Assembly: GCF_044704955.1 (NCBI RefSeq)
Contig: NC_091977.1
Location: forward strand, 12,400,001 to 12,464,000
From: Pristiophorus japonicus
Lineage: Eukaryota
Length of the DNA stretch: 64,000 nt
Reading direction: 5' to 3'
Below the pieces are notes generated by a model. It saw only the letters and a list, made by a program, of their open reading frames with translations. It did not search any database and was not told the origin of the DNA. This document shows positions 47,148 to 59,854 of this stretch, piece by piece. The translations under genes were made by a program, and so were the position numbers. Every line of letters starts with the position of its first letter. The stretch's first letter is position 1.

Positions 47148-50100
47148 ATCTTCAGCCAGAACTGCTGAGTGGATGATCCGTATCGGCCTCATCCCAAGGT
47201 CCCCACCAGCATACAAGCCACTCTTCAGCCAATTCGATTCACTCCAGGTGAGATCAAGAGATGGCTGAGTGCACTGGGTAGAGCAAAGGCTATGGGCCCC
47301 AACAACATCCCAGCTGTTGTGCTGAAGACTTGTGCTTCAAAACTAGCCATGCTCTAGCCAAGCTGTTCCAGTACAGCTACAACACTGGCATCTAACCGAC
47401 AATGTGGAGAACTGCCCAGGTATGTCCGATCCAAATCCAGACTGGACAATTACTGCTCCTTCAGTCTACTGTCAATCATCAGCAAAGTGATTGAAGGTAT
47501 CGTCGACAGTGCTATCAAGTGACACTTACCAATAATCTGCTCACCGATGCCCAGTTCCACCATGACCACTCGGCTACAGACCTCAGAACAGCTGTGGTCC
47601 AAACATGGACAAGAGAACTGAATTCCAGAGATGATATGAGAGTGATTGCCCTTGGTATCAAGGCAGCATTTGACCGAGTGTGGCATCATGGAGCCCTAGT
47701 AAAAGTGAAGTCAATGGGAATCAGGGGTAAACTCTCCACTGGCTAGAGTCAGACCTAGCACAAAGGAAACTGGTTGTGGTGGTTGGAGATCAATCATCAC
47801 AGCCCCAGGACAACACTGCAGGAGTTCCTCAGGGCAGTGTCCTGGGCCCAACCATCTTCAGCTGCTTCATCAATGATCTTCCCTCCATCATAAGGTCAGA
47901 AGTGGGGATGTTCACTGATGACTGCACAGTGTTCAGTACAATTCATAACTCCTCAAATAATGAAGCAGTCCATGCCCCATGCAGCAGGACCTGGACAACA
48001 TTCAGGCTTGGGCTGATAAGTGGCAAGTAATATTCGAGTCACACAAATGGCAGGCAATAACAATCTCCAACAATCAAGAGTCTAACCATCACCACTTGAC
48101 ATTCAACGGCCTTTCCCTCGCCAAATCCCCCACCATCAACATCCTGGGGGTCAGCATATCCCAGAAACTTAACTGGACCAGCCACAAAAATACAGTGGCA
48201 ACAAGAGCAGGTCAGAGGCTGGGTAATCTGTGGCGAGTGTCTCACCTCCTGACTCGCCAAGGTCCATCGTGTCTGCGCCTGCCGACCAAGAGCTATCTAG
48301 TCTAATCCCACTTTCCAGCTTTTGGTCCGTAGTCCTGTAGGTTACGTCACTTTCAGTGCACATCCAAGTATTTTTTAAATGTGGTGAGGCAATGAGTTCC
48401 AGACCCACACTACCCTCTGGGTGAAAAAATTTCCCCTCATATCTCCTCTAACCCTCTCCGCAATTACTTTAAATCTATTTCCCCTGGTTGTTGACCCCTC
48501 TGCCAATGGAAACATATCCTTCCTATCCACTCTATCTGTTGTGTTCCTAACACAGATGAGACTGCACACAGGGAGGTTAAAGTAACAGTGACCTCAGTCT
48601 TTATTAAGACACTCCAGAGTGAGGAACAGGCCTTAGGGGCTGGCTTATATACAGTGCTCCAAAGGGACGCTGGGATCCCTTGGGACTTCAGGGGATGAGC
48701 TCCCTGGTGGCGGAACATGGTGGTGGGAGTGCATGCTTTACAAATACACAACATCACTCCCCCCCAAAGTCAAAGTGAAAACTATTTACAAGGTGAGGCA
48801 GTCGGGAGCTTTTCTTTCCCTGGTGGACCGCCTCGGTACAAATGTCTGTTCTGGTGTGTTGGCTGTGCCCTCGCTGGGCTGGCGTGTTGTTGGCCCTGCA
48901 GGGCTGCTGGGTGAGCCTGGTCTTGCTGGGCTGTTGGGCGTGTTGGGTTCGATTTCCTGGTCTGGCGTGGTGTCGTTTGGTGTGTGTTGTGGGCTTGAAA
49001 AAGGTGGTGTCTGCTGTGGGTTGTTCAGGGCAGTCTGTGAACCGCAGCCTCGTTTGGTAAAGGGGCTTTCTGCAAATTTATTCATTGTCTAGTTTGACTA
49101 CAAACATCTTACTCCCTTCTTTAGCTATCACTGTGCCCGCGATCCACTTGGGACCATGTCCTTAGTTTAGCACATACAGATGGTCATTCAGATCAATTTC
49201 CCGTGACACAGTGGCGCGACCATTGTTTACATTTTGTTGCTGCCGCCTGCTCTCTACCTGATCATGCAGGTTGGGGTGAACCAGCGAGAGTTGGTTGGAA
49301 GTCTCCTTTTCATGAGTAGCTCAGCCAGGGGCACCTCTGTGAGCGAGTGGAGTCTCGTGCGGTAGCTGAGCAGTAGTCGGGACAGGCGGGTTTGGAGTGA
49401 GCCTTCTGTGACTCGTTTAAGGCTCTGTTTGATTGTTTGTACTGCCCGCTCTGCCTGCTCATTGGAGGCTGGTTTAAATGGGGCTGAGGTGACATGTTTG
49501 ATCCCATTGCGGGTCATGAATTCTTTAAATTCGGCACTGGTGAAACATGGCCCGTTGTCATTGACCAGTATGTCAGGCAGATCGTGGGTGACAATCATGG
49601 CCCTCAGGCTTTCAATGGTGGCGGTGGCGGTGCTTCCCGACATTATTTCACATTCAATCCATTTTGAAAAAGCATCCACCACCACGAGGAAGATTTTACC
49701 AAGAAACGGGCCCGCATAGTCGACCATGGATCCTCGACCATGGTCTGAAGGGCCAGGACCACAAACTTAGTGGTGCCTCTCTGGGCGCATTGCTCAACTG
49801 AGCACACACGTTGCATCGCCGTACACAGAACTCTAAGTCAGAGTCGATACCGGGCCACCACACATGGGATCTGGCTATCGCTTTCATCATTACTATCCAC
49901 AGGTGTGTGCTGTGGAGATCCGAGATGAACGTCTCTGTGCCCTTTTTGGGTAGCACTACACGGTTACCCCACAACAGGCAGTCTGCCTGAATGGACAGCT
50001 CGTCCTTTCGCCGCTGGAACGGCTTGATTAGCTTTTGCATTTCAATGGGGATGCTGGCCCAGCTCCCATGCAGTTCACAGTCTTTTACTAGGGACAGCTG

Positions 50101-50691
50101 AGGATCTTGGCTGGTCCAAGTCCTAATCTGGCAGGCCGAGACAGGTGATTTATCATTTTCAAACGCTTCCAGGACCATCAGCAAGTCTGCGGGCTGCGCC
50201 ACCATCAACAAGTTTGCAAGCTGCGCCATTTCCACCCCCGTGGTGGGCAATGAGAGCATCCGCACAGTTCTCAGTGCCTGGCCTGTGGTGGCTGGTATAG
50301 TTATACGCTGATAGTGCGAGTGCCCACCTTTGTATGTGGGCTGAGGCATTAGTATTTATCCCCTTGTTTTCAGCAAACAGGGATATGAGGGGCTTGTGAT
50401 CGGCTTCCAGCTCAAATTTGAGGCCAAACAGGTACTGATGCATTTTCTTTACCCCGAACACACACGCTAATGCCTCTTTCTCAATCATTCTATAGGCCCT
50501 CTCGGCCTTAGACAAGCTTCTGGAAGCATAGGCGACAGGTTGCAACTTCCCCGCAACGTTAGCTTGTTGTAATACACACCCAACTCTGTACGATGATGCA
50601 TCACATGCTAGCACGAGTATTTTACACTGGTTATACAATACAAGCAGCTTGTTGGAGCATAAAATGTTTCTAGCGTTCTCAAAAGCAATTA

Positions 50692-51336
50692 CCGTATATA
50701 CTCGCGTATCATGCGACTTTTGAAGACCTAAATTGTAACCTAAATTTGGGGGGGTCGCATGATACGTGAGATACAAAATTTGCGGGTGTGAAGTGCTAGC
50801 CAAGATTAGGCTGTTAGGCTGTTAAGCAGACCGTATCCACGCTGAATCTCGGCAGGTATCTCCTGGGCTGGATTGCAGCCTCTATTGTCACTTGTACTGT
50901 ATCTTTGCTGTGGTCTAGAGATCGCCACCCACAACTCCCTCTGAAGTTTGCTGCATTATTAGAGGCTCCATCTATCTCAGCCCATGCTTCTTTTACCCGC
51001 AAACACAGTAGAGGCTGTGGCTGAACGACGCTAGTCAAGCCAGCTGGAATGATTGCTGTATCGGTGTTCGATTCGCGAACAGCTTTCACAACAGAATCCA
51101 CTCGATGTTTCATGATTCGGTTGTTAAGGTCTGTATTCGATCGTTGTTATGTGTTAGGGTACTTGTTACGTGTTGGGTACTTGTTAAACTTGTTTGAAAG
51201 CCTAGCCTAGTGGCATCTGGTATCTCAAAAAAGTGACTCGCATGATACATGAGATACATGATAAAATCATGTTTTGGGTACGAAAATTTAGGGGTCGCAT
51301 GATACGTGAGATCGTAGGATACGCGAGTATATACGG
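50692..51336 (-). mobile_element. Non-autonomous pogo/Tc2-type DNA transposon (645 bp)
   Basis: TIR CCGTATATACTCGCGTATC perfect for 19 bp, TA duplication (50690-50691 / 51337-51338), subterminal repeats, DDE remnant IIPAGLTSVVQP..VKEAW. Confidence 0.92.
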
Positions 51337-52400
51337 TACTTGACTTTTTTTCCCCATACCCAGTTCTCACCTTTACGCAATAACAGATGTAGGGGCTCTA
51401 AGAGGGTGCTTAACCCCAGTAGGAAGTTACCAAAATAGTTGAGGAGTCCCAGGAATGACTGCAGTTCCATGACGTTCTGTGGCCTGGGCGCATTCCTGAT
51501 AGCCTCTGTCTTGGCGTCTGTGGGCCGAATGCCATCCGCCGCGATCTTTCTCCCCAAAAACTCCACTTCTGTTGCCCTGAAGACGCATTTCGACCTCTTC
51601 AGCCGCAGCCCTACGCGATCCAGTCGCTGGAGGACCTCCTCCAGGTTTTGTAGGTGCTCGACGGTGTCCCGACCCGTGACCAATATGTCGTCCTGAAAAA
51701 CCACCGTGCGTGGTACCGACTTGAGTCGTCTCTCCATGTTTCTCTGGAAGATCGCTTCAGCCGACCGAATTCCAAACGGCCATCTGTTGTAGATGAACAG
51801 TCCCTTGTGCATGTTGATGCAGGTGAGGCCCTTCGAAGACTCCTCCAGCTCCTGCGTCATGTAGGCTGAAGTCAGGTCGAGCTTGGTGAATGTCTTGCCT
51901 CCTGCCAGCGTCGCAAATAGGTCGTCTGCCTTAGGTAGTGGGTATTGGTCCTGTAGCGAGAAATGATTAATCGTTACTTTATAATCGCCGCAAATCCTGA
52001 CCGTGCCATCACTTTTGAGTACTGGAACAATCGGGCTGGCCCACTCGCTGAATTCCACTGGGGAGATGATGCCCTCGCGTTGCAGCCTGTCCAGCTCGAT
52101 TTCCACTCTCTCCCTCATCATGTGAGGTACCGCTCGCGCCTTGTGGTGAATGGGTCATGCCTCTGGGACCAAGTGGATCCGCACCTTCACCCCGGAAAAG
52201 TTTCCAACGCCTGGCTCAAAAAGGGAAGGAAATTTGTTTAGAACCTAAGTACATGAGGCCTCATCGACATGTGATCGCGCTCGGATGTCATCCCAGTTCC
52301 AGCAGAATTTGCCCAGCCAACTCCTTCCAAGCAGTGTGGGGCCATCGCCCGGGACAATCCAAAGTGGCAGCTCATGCACCGTGCCCTCATAGGTGACCTT

Positions 52401-53685
52401 AAAACATAGAAACATAGAAAATAGGTGCAGGAGTAGGCCATTCGGCCCTTTGAGCCTGCACCACTATTCAATAAGATCATGGCTGATCATTCCTTCAGTA
52501 CCCCTTTCCTGCTTTTTCTCCATACCCCTTGATCCCCTTAGCCGTAAGGGCCATATCTAACTCCCTCTTAAATATATCCAATGAACTGGCATCAACAACT
52601 CTCTGCGGCAGGAAATTCCGCAGGTTAACAACCCTCTGAGTGAAGAAGTTTCCCATCATCTCAGTCCTAAATGGCCTACCCCTTATCCTAAGGCTACGTC
52701 CCCTGGTTCTGGACTTCCCCAACATCGGGAACATTCTTCCCGCATCTAACCTGTCCAGTCCCGTCAGAATCTTATACGTTTCTATGAGATCCCCTCTCAT
52801 CCTTCTAAAACGCTCTACTTGGAACTCCTTCATGTCATACAAGCCAAAGGTGTAGCAGCGGAAATGTTACAAGGACACCCTCAAAGCCTCCCTGATAAAG
52901 TGCAACATCCCCATTGACACCTGGGAGTCCCTGGCCAAAGACCGCCCTAAGTAGAGGAAGTGCATCCGGGAGGGCGCTGAGCACCTCAAGTCTCATCGCC
53001 GAGAGCATGCAGAAACCAAGCGCAGGCAGCGGAAAGAGCATGCGACAAACCAGTCCCACCCACCACTTCCCTCAACGACTATCTGGCCCACCTGTGACAG
53101 ACTGTGGTTCTCGTATTGGACTGTTGAGCTACCTAAGGACTCATCTTAAGAGTGGAAGCAAGTCTTCCTCGATTCCGAGGGACTGCCTATGATGATAATG
53201 ATGAGTCACCTCTTTCAAAATCCCAGGATGTCGACCATCAGGTTTAGGGGATTTACTGACTTTCAGTTTCAATCATTTCTCCAGTACTATTTTTTTACGA
53301 ATATTAATTTCTTTCAGTTCCTCATTCTCGCTAGACCCTTAGTTCTCCACTATTTCCAAGAGTTTTTTTTGCGCCTTTTTCCGTGAAGACAGACACGAAG
53401 TATTTATTTAATTTTTCTGCCATTTCCTTATTTTCTCCTATCTCAGCCTGTAACAGACCCACATTTACTTTCGCTAATCTTTACCTTTTTACATACCTAT
53501 AGAAGCTTTTACAGTCTGTTTTTATGTCTCATGCGAGTTTACTCTGGTATTCTATTTTCCCTTTATCAATTTTTTGGTCCTCCTTTGATGAATTCTAAAA
53601 TCCTCCCAATCCTCAGGTTTACTGCTCTTTTTGGCAACATTATAAGCCTCTTCCTTTGATCTAATACTATCTTTAACATCTCTTG
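52401..53685 (-). mobile_element. CR1 pieces (3' end 52401-52809; upstream ORF2 53204-53685) inserted in the Gypsy protease
   Basis: Gypsy sequence stops at 52400 and resumes at ~53686; CR1 tail and ORF2 motifs lie between. Confidence 0.85.
52810..53203 (+). mobile_element. RTE-clade LINE 3' fragment
   Basis: Same family as 15448-16120; (ATG)n tail. Confidence 0.88.
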
Positions 53686-54989
53686 TTGACCATGGCGCTG
53701 CCCAGGTCAGTGATGAGCTCTTTGGTGTAAGTTCTCAGTTTCGTGTGGATAGGGCTCAGGGCTGGTCTGAGTACCTTGTTGCACCACAGTCTCTCAAACA
53801 TCTTTTTACTCATGATGGATTGGCTAGCGCCAGTGTCCAGTTCCATGGCTACGGGTAAGCCATTCAATTTTACGTTTAACATTATAGGTGGACATAAACG
53901 CCTGTGCTAGCACAATGGTCTTACTGAGGGTCAGTGTCTCTACAGTCAAAAGTTTTTGTAGGATGGTCTCATGGCCAATGCCCAGTACAAAAAAGTCTCT
54001 GAGCATTTGCTCCAGGTAGCCATCAAACTCACATTGTCCTGCAAGTCACCTTAGCTCGGCGACAAAGCTCGTCACTTCCTGACCTTTAGATCGCTGGTAC
54101 ATATAGAACCGATACCTCGCCATCAGCATGCTCTCCCTCGGGTTAAGATGCTCCCGAACCAGTGTACATAGCTCCTCATATGACTTATCTGTGGGTTTCA
54201 CCGGAGCTAGAAGATTCTTCATGAGGCTGTAGGTCGGTGCCCCGCAGACCGTGAGGAGGACCACTCTTCTTTTTGTAGCGCTTCCTTCTCCGCCCAGCTC
54301 GTTGGCTACAAAGTACTGGTCTAACCATTCGACATAGGCTTCTCAGTCCTCACCCTCCGAGAACTTCTCCAGGATGCCCACAGTTTGCTGCATCTTTGCA
54401 TTGGATTCGTATACTCGTCGCCAGTTGTTGTGTTCCTAACACAGATGAGACTGCACACAGGGAGGTTAAAGTAACAGTGACCTCAGTCTTTATTAAGACA
54501 CTTCAGATTGAGTAACAGGCCTTAGGGGCCGGCTTATATACAGTGCTCCCAAGGGGTGGAACATGGGAGTGCATGCTTTACAGATACACAACACTATCCA
54601 GGTCCCCCATAATTTTATACACCTCAATCAGGTCTCCCTTCAACTTCTTCTGTTCCAAAGAAAGCAGACCCAGCATCTCCAATCTTTCCTCATAGCTAAA
54701 ATTCGCCAGTCCAGGCAACATTCTTGTAAATCTCCTCTGCACCCTTTCCCGTACATCTTTCCTGTAATGTGGTGACCAGAACTATGCACAGTATTCCACC
54801 TATGGCCTAAACAGTGTTCTATACAGTTCAAGCATAATGTCCTTGCTCTTGTATTCCATGCCTCGACTAATAAAGGAAAGTTGGCTCTTTGGCAATGGTA
54901 ACAGATGGCATCCTCAACCAAACTTTGACCCCTGAGTGTCAGTGAGTGAGGGTGTGGGGTGAAATTGCCCCTTTTTTTAAAGAGGCCTG

Positions 54990-55632
54990 TTAGCTCCCCT
55001 GGATGCGCGCACATCTGCGAGGAACATTTGCGGCAGGTCGGGGTTTTAAAAGGAGCGGTGAGCGTGGCGGCTTGGCACCCAGTGTGACCTCCGATCTGCA
55101 AAGACCATCTGCGGCAAGTCGCGGCCACATCGCGAGTTGGTGCAGGAGGGTGACAGCAGTGAAGAGGGTGACTGGATTGGATGTCACCATAATCTAGGTT
55201 GGTGATTGGAATGTGGGCAGGTACAGCAGGAGTGGTAAGACTGGGGCGAGGGAGCGGTGAGAGGTTGCAGAGCGACATGATCGGGGCCCAAGAGAGGTGT
55301 GCGTTCGGGGCCCAGAAGAGGCATGGCCCAGGGGCAGCACGGGCCAGCTCACACTGTGATATGTGTGCACACTAGGGTCCATGCAGGTCTCCAGTCATCC
55401 TGGTTAACCCTTGCCATCGGACCAAGACCTAGCTCTGTCAAGCCCGTGTGGTGGGTGGTGTGCAACAGCAACCACACGTTAAAAATATCCACGCACAGGC
55501 ATCTTCCACCCGTCAACATGTAGTTCAGGACCTGGAATATAAGGTCCTTCATTGAAACACCTGTGAACTCATCTCTTTTTGGCATGGAAGCAAGTCATCC
55601 TCGATACGAGGGACTACCATGAAGAAGAAGAA
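54990..55632 (+). mobile_element. Non-coding element with an RTE-type 3' tail (SINE-like); 5' boundary uncertain
   Basis: Ends TGGAAGCAAGTCATCCTCGATACGAGGGACT plus (GAA)n, matching the RTE 3' ends in this window; the body lacks RTE ORF motifs. Confidence 0.6.
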
Positions 55633-58217
55633 TAAACATAGAAACATAGAAACAAGGAAAATAGGTGCAGGAGTAGGCCATTCGGCCATTTGAGCCTGCA
55701 CCACTATTCAATAAGATCATGGCTGATCATTCACCTCAGTACCCCTTTCCTGCTTTCTCTCCATACCACTTGATCCCTTTAGCCATAAGTGCCATATCTA
55801 GCTCCCTCTTGAATACATCCAATGAACTGGCATCTACAACTTTCTGCGGTAGGGAATTCCACAAGTTAACAACTCTCTTAGTGAAGAAGTTTCTCCTCAT
55901 CTCAGTCCTAAATGACTTACCCCTTGTCCTTCGACTGTGTCCCCTGGTTCTGGACTTCCCCAACATCGGGAACATTCTTCCTGCATCTAACCTGTCCAGT
56001 CCCATCAGAATGTTATATGTTTCTATGAGATACCCTCTCATCCTTCTAAACTCCAGTGAATACAGGCACAGTCGATCCAGTTTCTCCTCATATGTCAGTC
56101 CTGCCGTCCCGGGAATCAGTCTGGTGAACCTTTGCGGCACTCCCTCAATAGCAAGAACGTCCTTCCTCAGATTAGGAGAACAAAACTGAACACAATATTC
56201 CAGGTGAGGCCTCAGTAAGGCCCTGTACAACTGCAGTAAGACCTCCCTACTCCTATACTCAAATCCCCGAGCTATGAAGGCCAATATACCATTTACCTTC
56301 TTCACCTCCTGCTGAACCTGCATCCCAGCTTTCAATGACTGATGTACCATGACACCCAGGTCTCGCTGCACCTCCTCTTTTCCTAATCTGCTGCCATTCA
56401 GATAACATTCTACCTTCGTGTTTTTGCCACCAAAGTGGATAACCTCACATTTATCCACATTATACTGCATCTGCCACGCGTTTGCCCACTCACCTAACCT
56501 GTCCATCCTCCTCACAGCTCACACTGCCACCCAGTTTAGTGTCATCTGCAAACTTGAAGATATTACACTCAATTCCTTCATCCAAATCATTAATGTATAT
56601 TGTAAATAGCTGGGGTCCCAGCACTGAGCTCTGCGGCACCCCACTAGTCACTGCCTGCCATTCTGAAAAGGACCCGTTTATTCCGACTCTCTGCTTCCTG
56701 TCTGCCAACCAGTTCTCTATCCACATCAGTACATTACCCCCAATACCATGTGCTTTCATTTTGCACAACAATCTCTTGTGTGGGACCTTGTCAAAAGCCT
56801 TTTGAAAGTCCAAATACACCACATCCACTGGTTCTCCTTTGTCCACTCTACCAGTTACATCCTCAAAAAATACTTGAAAATTTGTCAAGCAGGATTTCCC
56901 TTTCATAAATCCATGCTGACTTTGACCGATCCCGTCACTGCTTTCCAAATGTGCTGCTATTTCATCTTTAATAATTGATTCCAACATTTTCCCCACTACT
57001 GATGTCAGGCTAACCAGTTTATAATTACCCGTTTTCTCTCTCCCTCCTTTCTTAAAAAGTGGTGTTACATTAGCTACCCTCCAGTCCATAGGAACTGATC
57101 CAGAGTCAATAGACTGTAAGAAAATGATCACCAATGTATGCACTATTTCTCGGGCTACCTCCGTAAGTACTCTGGGATGCAGACTATCAGTCCCCGGGGA
57201 TTTATCGGCCTTCAATCCCATCAATTTTCCTAACACAATTTCCCACCTAATAAGGATTTCCTTCAGTTCCTCCTTCTCACTAGACCCTCGGTTCCCCAGT
57301 ATTTCTGGAAGGTTATTTGTGTCTTTCTTCGTGAAGACAGAACCGAAGTATTTGTTTAACTGGTCCACCATTTATTGGTTCCCCATTATAAATGCACCTG
57401 AATCTGACTGCAAGGGACCTACGTGTGTTTTCACTAATCTTTTTCTCTTAACATATCTATAGAAGTTTTTGCAGCAAGATTTTATGTTCCCAGCAAGCTT
57501 CCTCTCATACTCTATTTTCCCCCTCCTAATTAAATCCTTTGTCCTCCTCTGCTTTTTTACAAAATTCTCCCAGTCCTCAGGCTTGCTACTTTTTCTGGCC
57601 AATTTATATGCCTCTTCCTTGGATTTAACACTATCCTTAATTTCCCTTGTTAGCCACGGTTGAGCCACTTTCCCCGTTTTATTTTTACTCCAGACAGGAT
57701 GTACAATTGTTGAAGTTCATCCATGTGATCTTTAAACGTTTGCCATTGCCAATCCACCATCAACCCTTTAAGTATCACGCGCCAGTCTATTCTAGCCAAT
57801 TCACATCTCATACCATCGAAGTTACCTTTCCTTAAGTTTAGGATCCTAGTCTCTGAATTAACTGTGTCATTCTGCATCTTAATAAAGAATTCTACCATAT
57901 TATGGTCACTCTTCCCCAAGGAGCCTCGCACAACAAGATTGCTAATTAGTCCTTTCTCATCACTCAGTCTAGGATGGCCAGCCCTCTAATTGGTTCCTCG
58001 ACATATTGGTCTAAAAAACCATCCCTAGTACACGCCAGGAAATCCTCCTCCACCGCATTGCTACCAGTTTGGTTAGCCCAATCAATATGTAGATTAAAGT
58101 CGCCCATGATAACTGCTGTCCCTAATTTCTTGTTTGATGCTGTCCCCAACCTCACCACTATTGTTTGGTGGTCTGTACACAACTCCCACTAGCTTTTTCT
58201 GCCCTTTGATATTCCGT
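55633..58217 (-). mobile_element. CR1 LINE, 5'-truncated ORF2 and tail
   Basis: ORFs 56490-57371 and 55736-56515 with RT motifs; TTTCTATG tail. Confidence 0.93.
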
Positions 58218-59854
58218 AGGCAAGTATTCCATATGGTTTCTTAACCAACTTATCTACATGTCCTGCTACCTTCAGGGATCTGTGGACCTGCACTCCAAGG
58301 TCCCTTTGTTCCTCTACACGTTTCAGTGTCGTACCATTTAATGTCTATTCCCTTGCCTTGTTAGGCCTCCCCAAATGCATTACCTCACACTTATCCAGAT
58401 TGATTTCCATTTGCCACTGTTCTTCTCACCTGACCAGTACATTGATATCTTCCTGCAGACTGCAGCTTTCTTCTTCATTATCAACCACACAGCCGATTTT
58501 AGTGTCATCTGTAAACTTCTTAATCATACCCACAACCTTCAAGTCCAAGTCATTGATATATACCACAAAAGCCCCGCCGAACCTCAGAGTGTGATGTAAT
58601 ACTCTCCACTTGCCTGGATGAGTGCAGCTCCAACAACACTCAAGAAGCTTGACACCATTCAGGATGAAGCAGCCCGCTTGATCGGCACCCCATCCACCAC
58701 CTTCAACATTCTCTTCCTCCATCACTGATGTACCGTGGCTGCAGTGTGTACCATCTACAAGATGCACTGCAGCAACTCGCCAAGGCTTCTTCGGCAGCAC
58801 CTCCCAAGATCAACATCTACCACCTAGAAGGACAAGCGCAGCAGGCGCATGGGAGCACCATCACCTCCTCGTTCCCCTGAAAGTAACACACCATCCTGAC
58901 TTGGAAGTATATCGTCTTTCCTTCATCGTCGCTGGGTCAAAATCCTGGAGCTCCCGAACAGCACTGTGGGAGTATCTTCACCACACGGACTGCAGCGGTT
59001 CAAGGCGGCGACTCACCACCATCTTCTCAAGGGCAATTAGGGATGGGCAATAAATGCTGGCCTTGCCAGCAATGCCCACATCCCATGAACGAATTTTAAA
59101 AAAGCTTACTGTCCCATTTTTGTATCGTCAGCAAACATGGATACACTTCTAGAAACTCCAATCCACATCCCCTTTAAGAAGAGCTGGCTGCCTTTAAATG
59201 GCATTGTGAATTCCTGATTTTGATCCCCCTCCTGGTGCCTGCAACTGATCAACAGCACGGGTAGCGCTGGCTGCACACAGCAATGGTGGAAATCAGCAGA
59301 CAGCATGGGTTTTAACTGCTGCATGCAGCGCAATCTATCGGCGTGGGTGGGTTCATCGTGTACAGCCATCCTCAGGCCCGTTATCCCGCTAATCAATTTA
59401 ACCCCCTGGAGCTCAATGGACATTCTGCCAACAATATTGGAAGCTAATGCAGTCTCTCTCATTCTCACTTGATGCTCAACATAAAGACACTTCGTGTTAG
59501 CCTGTTAAATTCAGTGAAATTGATAAGCAGTTTCCACAGGTTGCACAGGAACACTTTGAGCAACTTCTGTATTTCGGTGTCACGAGACAAGAAGCAGCGA
59601 AGGAGAAGGACGAAACACTGGAGAGCTGGCGATGAATTCTCTCTAACGTTTGGCTTCCCACAGTCCTGCTGTCGGTCTCGGTGCAGGGTCACAGTAGGTG
59701 CTTTCCAATAACAACTGTTCACATTCATATTGTTGCATAAACTGCTCCTTTTTACTATTTCACCGCTGGGTCGCAGTGGGTGAAAGTCCAGGGGAGCGAC
59801 GGTCAGTCAGAGAAACAGGGAGGGGTAGAGCGAGTGTCGGGTTTCGAGCGAGAC

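Larger units (their letters stand above)
48537..54593 (-). mobile_element. Gypsy family A copy 2, with nested insertions and deletions
   Basis: LTRs at 54426-54593 (43-bp deletion) and 48537-48753 (6-bp insertion). Perfect TSD CTATC. PBS ACTGGCGACGAG. ORFs highly similar to 424-5035. Confidence 0.96.
48260..58575 (-). mobile_element. CR1 LINE 3' fragment in three pieces (48260-48536, 54594-54880, 58218-58575)
   Basis: Pieces are colinear across the Gypsy TSD CTATC and across AGGAAAG/AGGCAAG (54874-54880 / 58218-58224). Confidence 0.78.
38220..59103 (+). mobile_element. Compact CR1-group (L2/Crack-like) LINE with tRNA-like head, broken by nested insertions (own sequence ~38220-39246, 39613-40113, 47148-48259, 58585-59103)
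   Basis: APE motifs (LLTNIWGL, VGDFN, SDH) and RT ([21 protein letters not shown]). Pieces are colinear with the copy at 18555-19675; 3' tail at ~59103. Confidence 0.8.
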
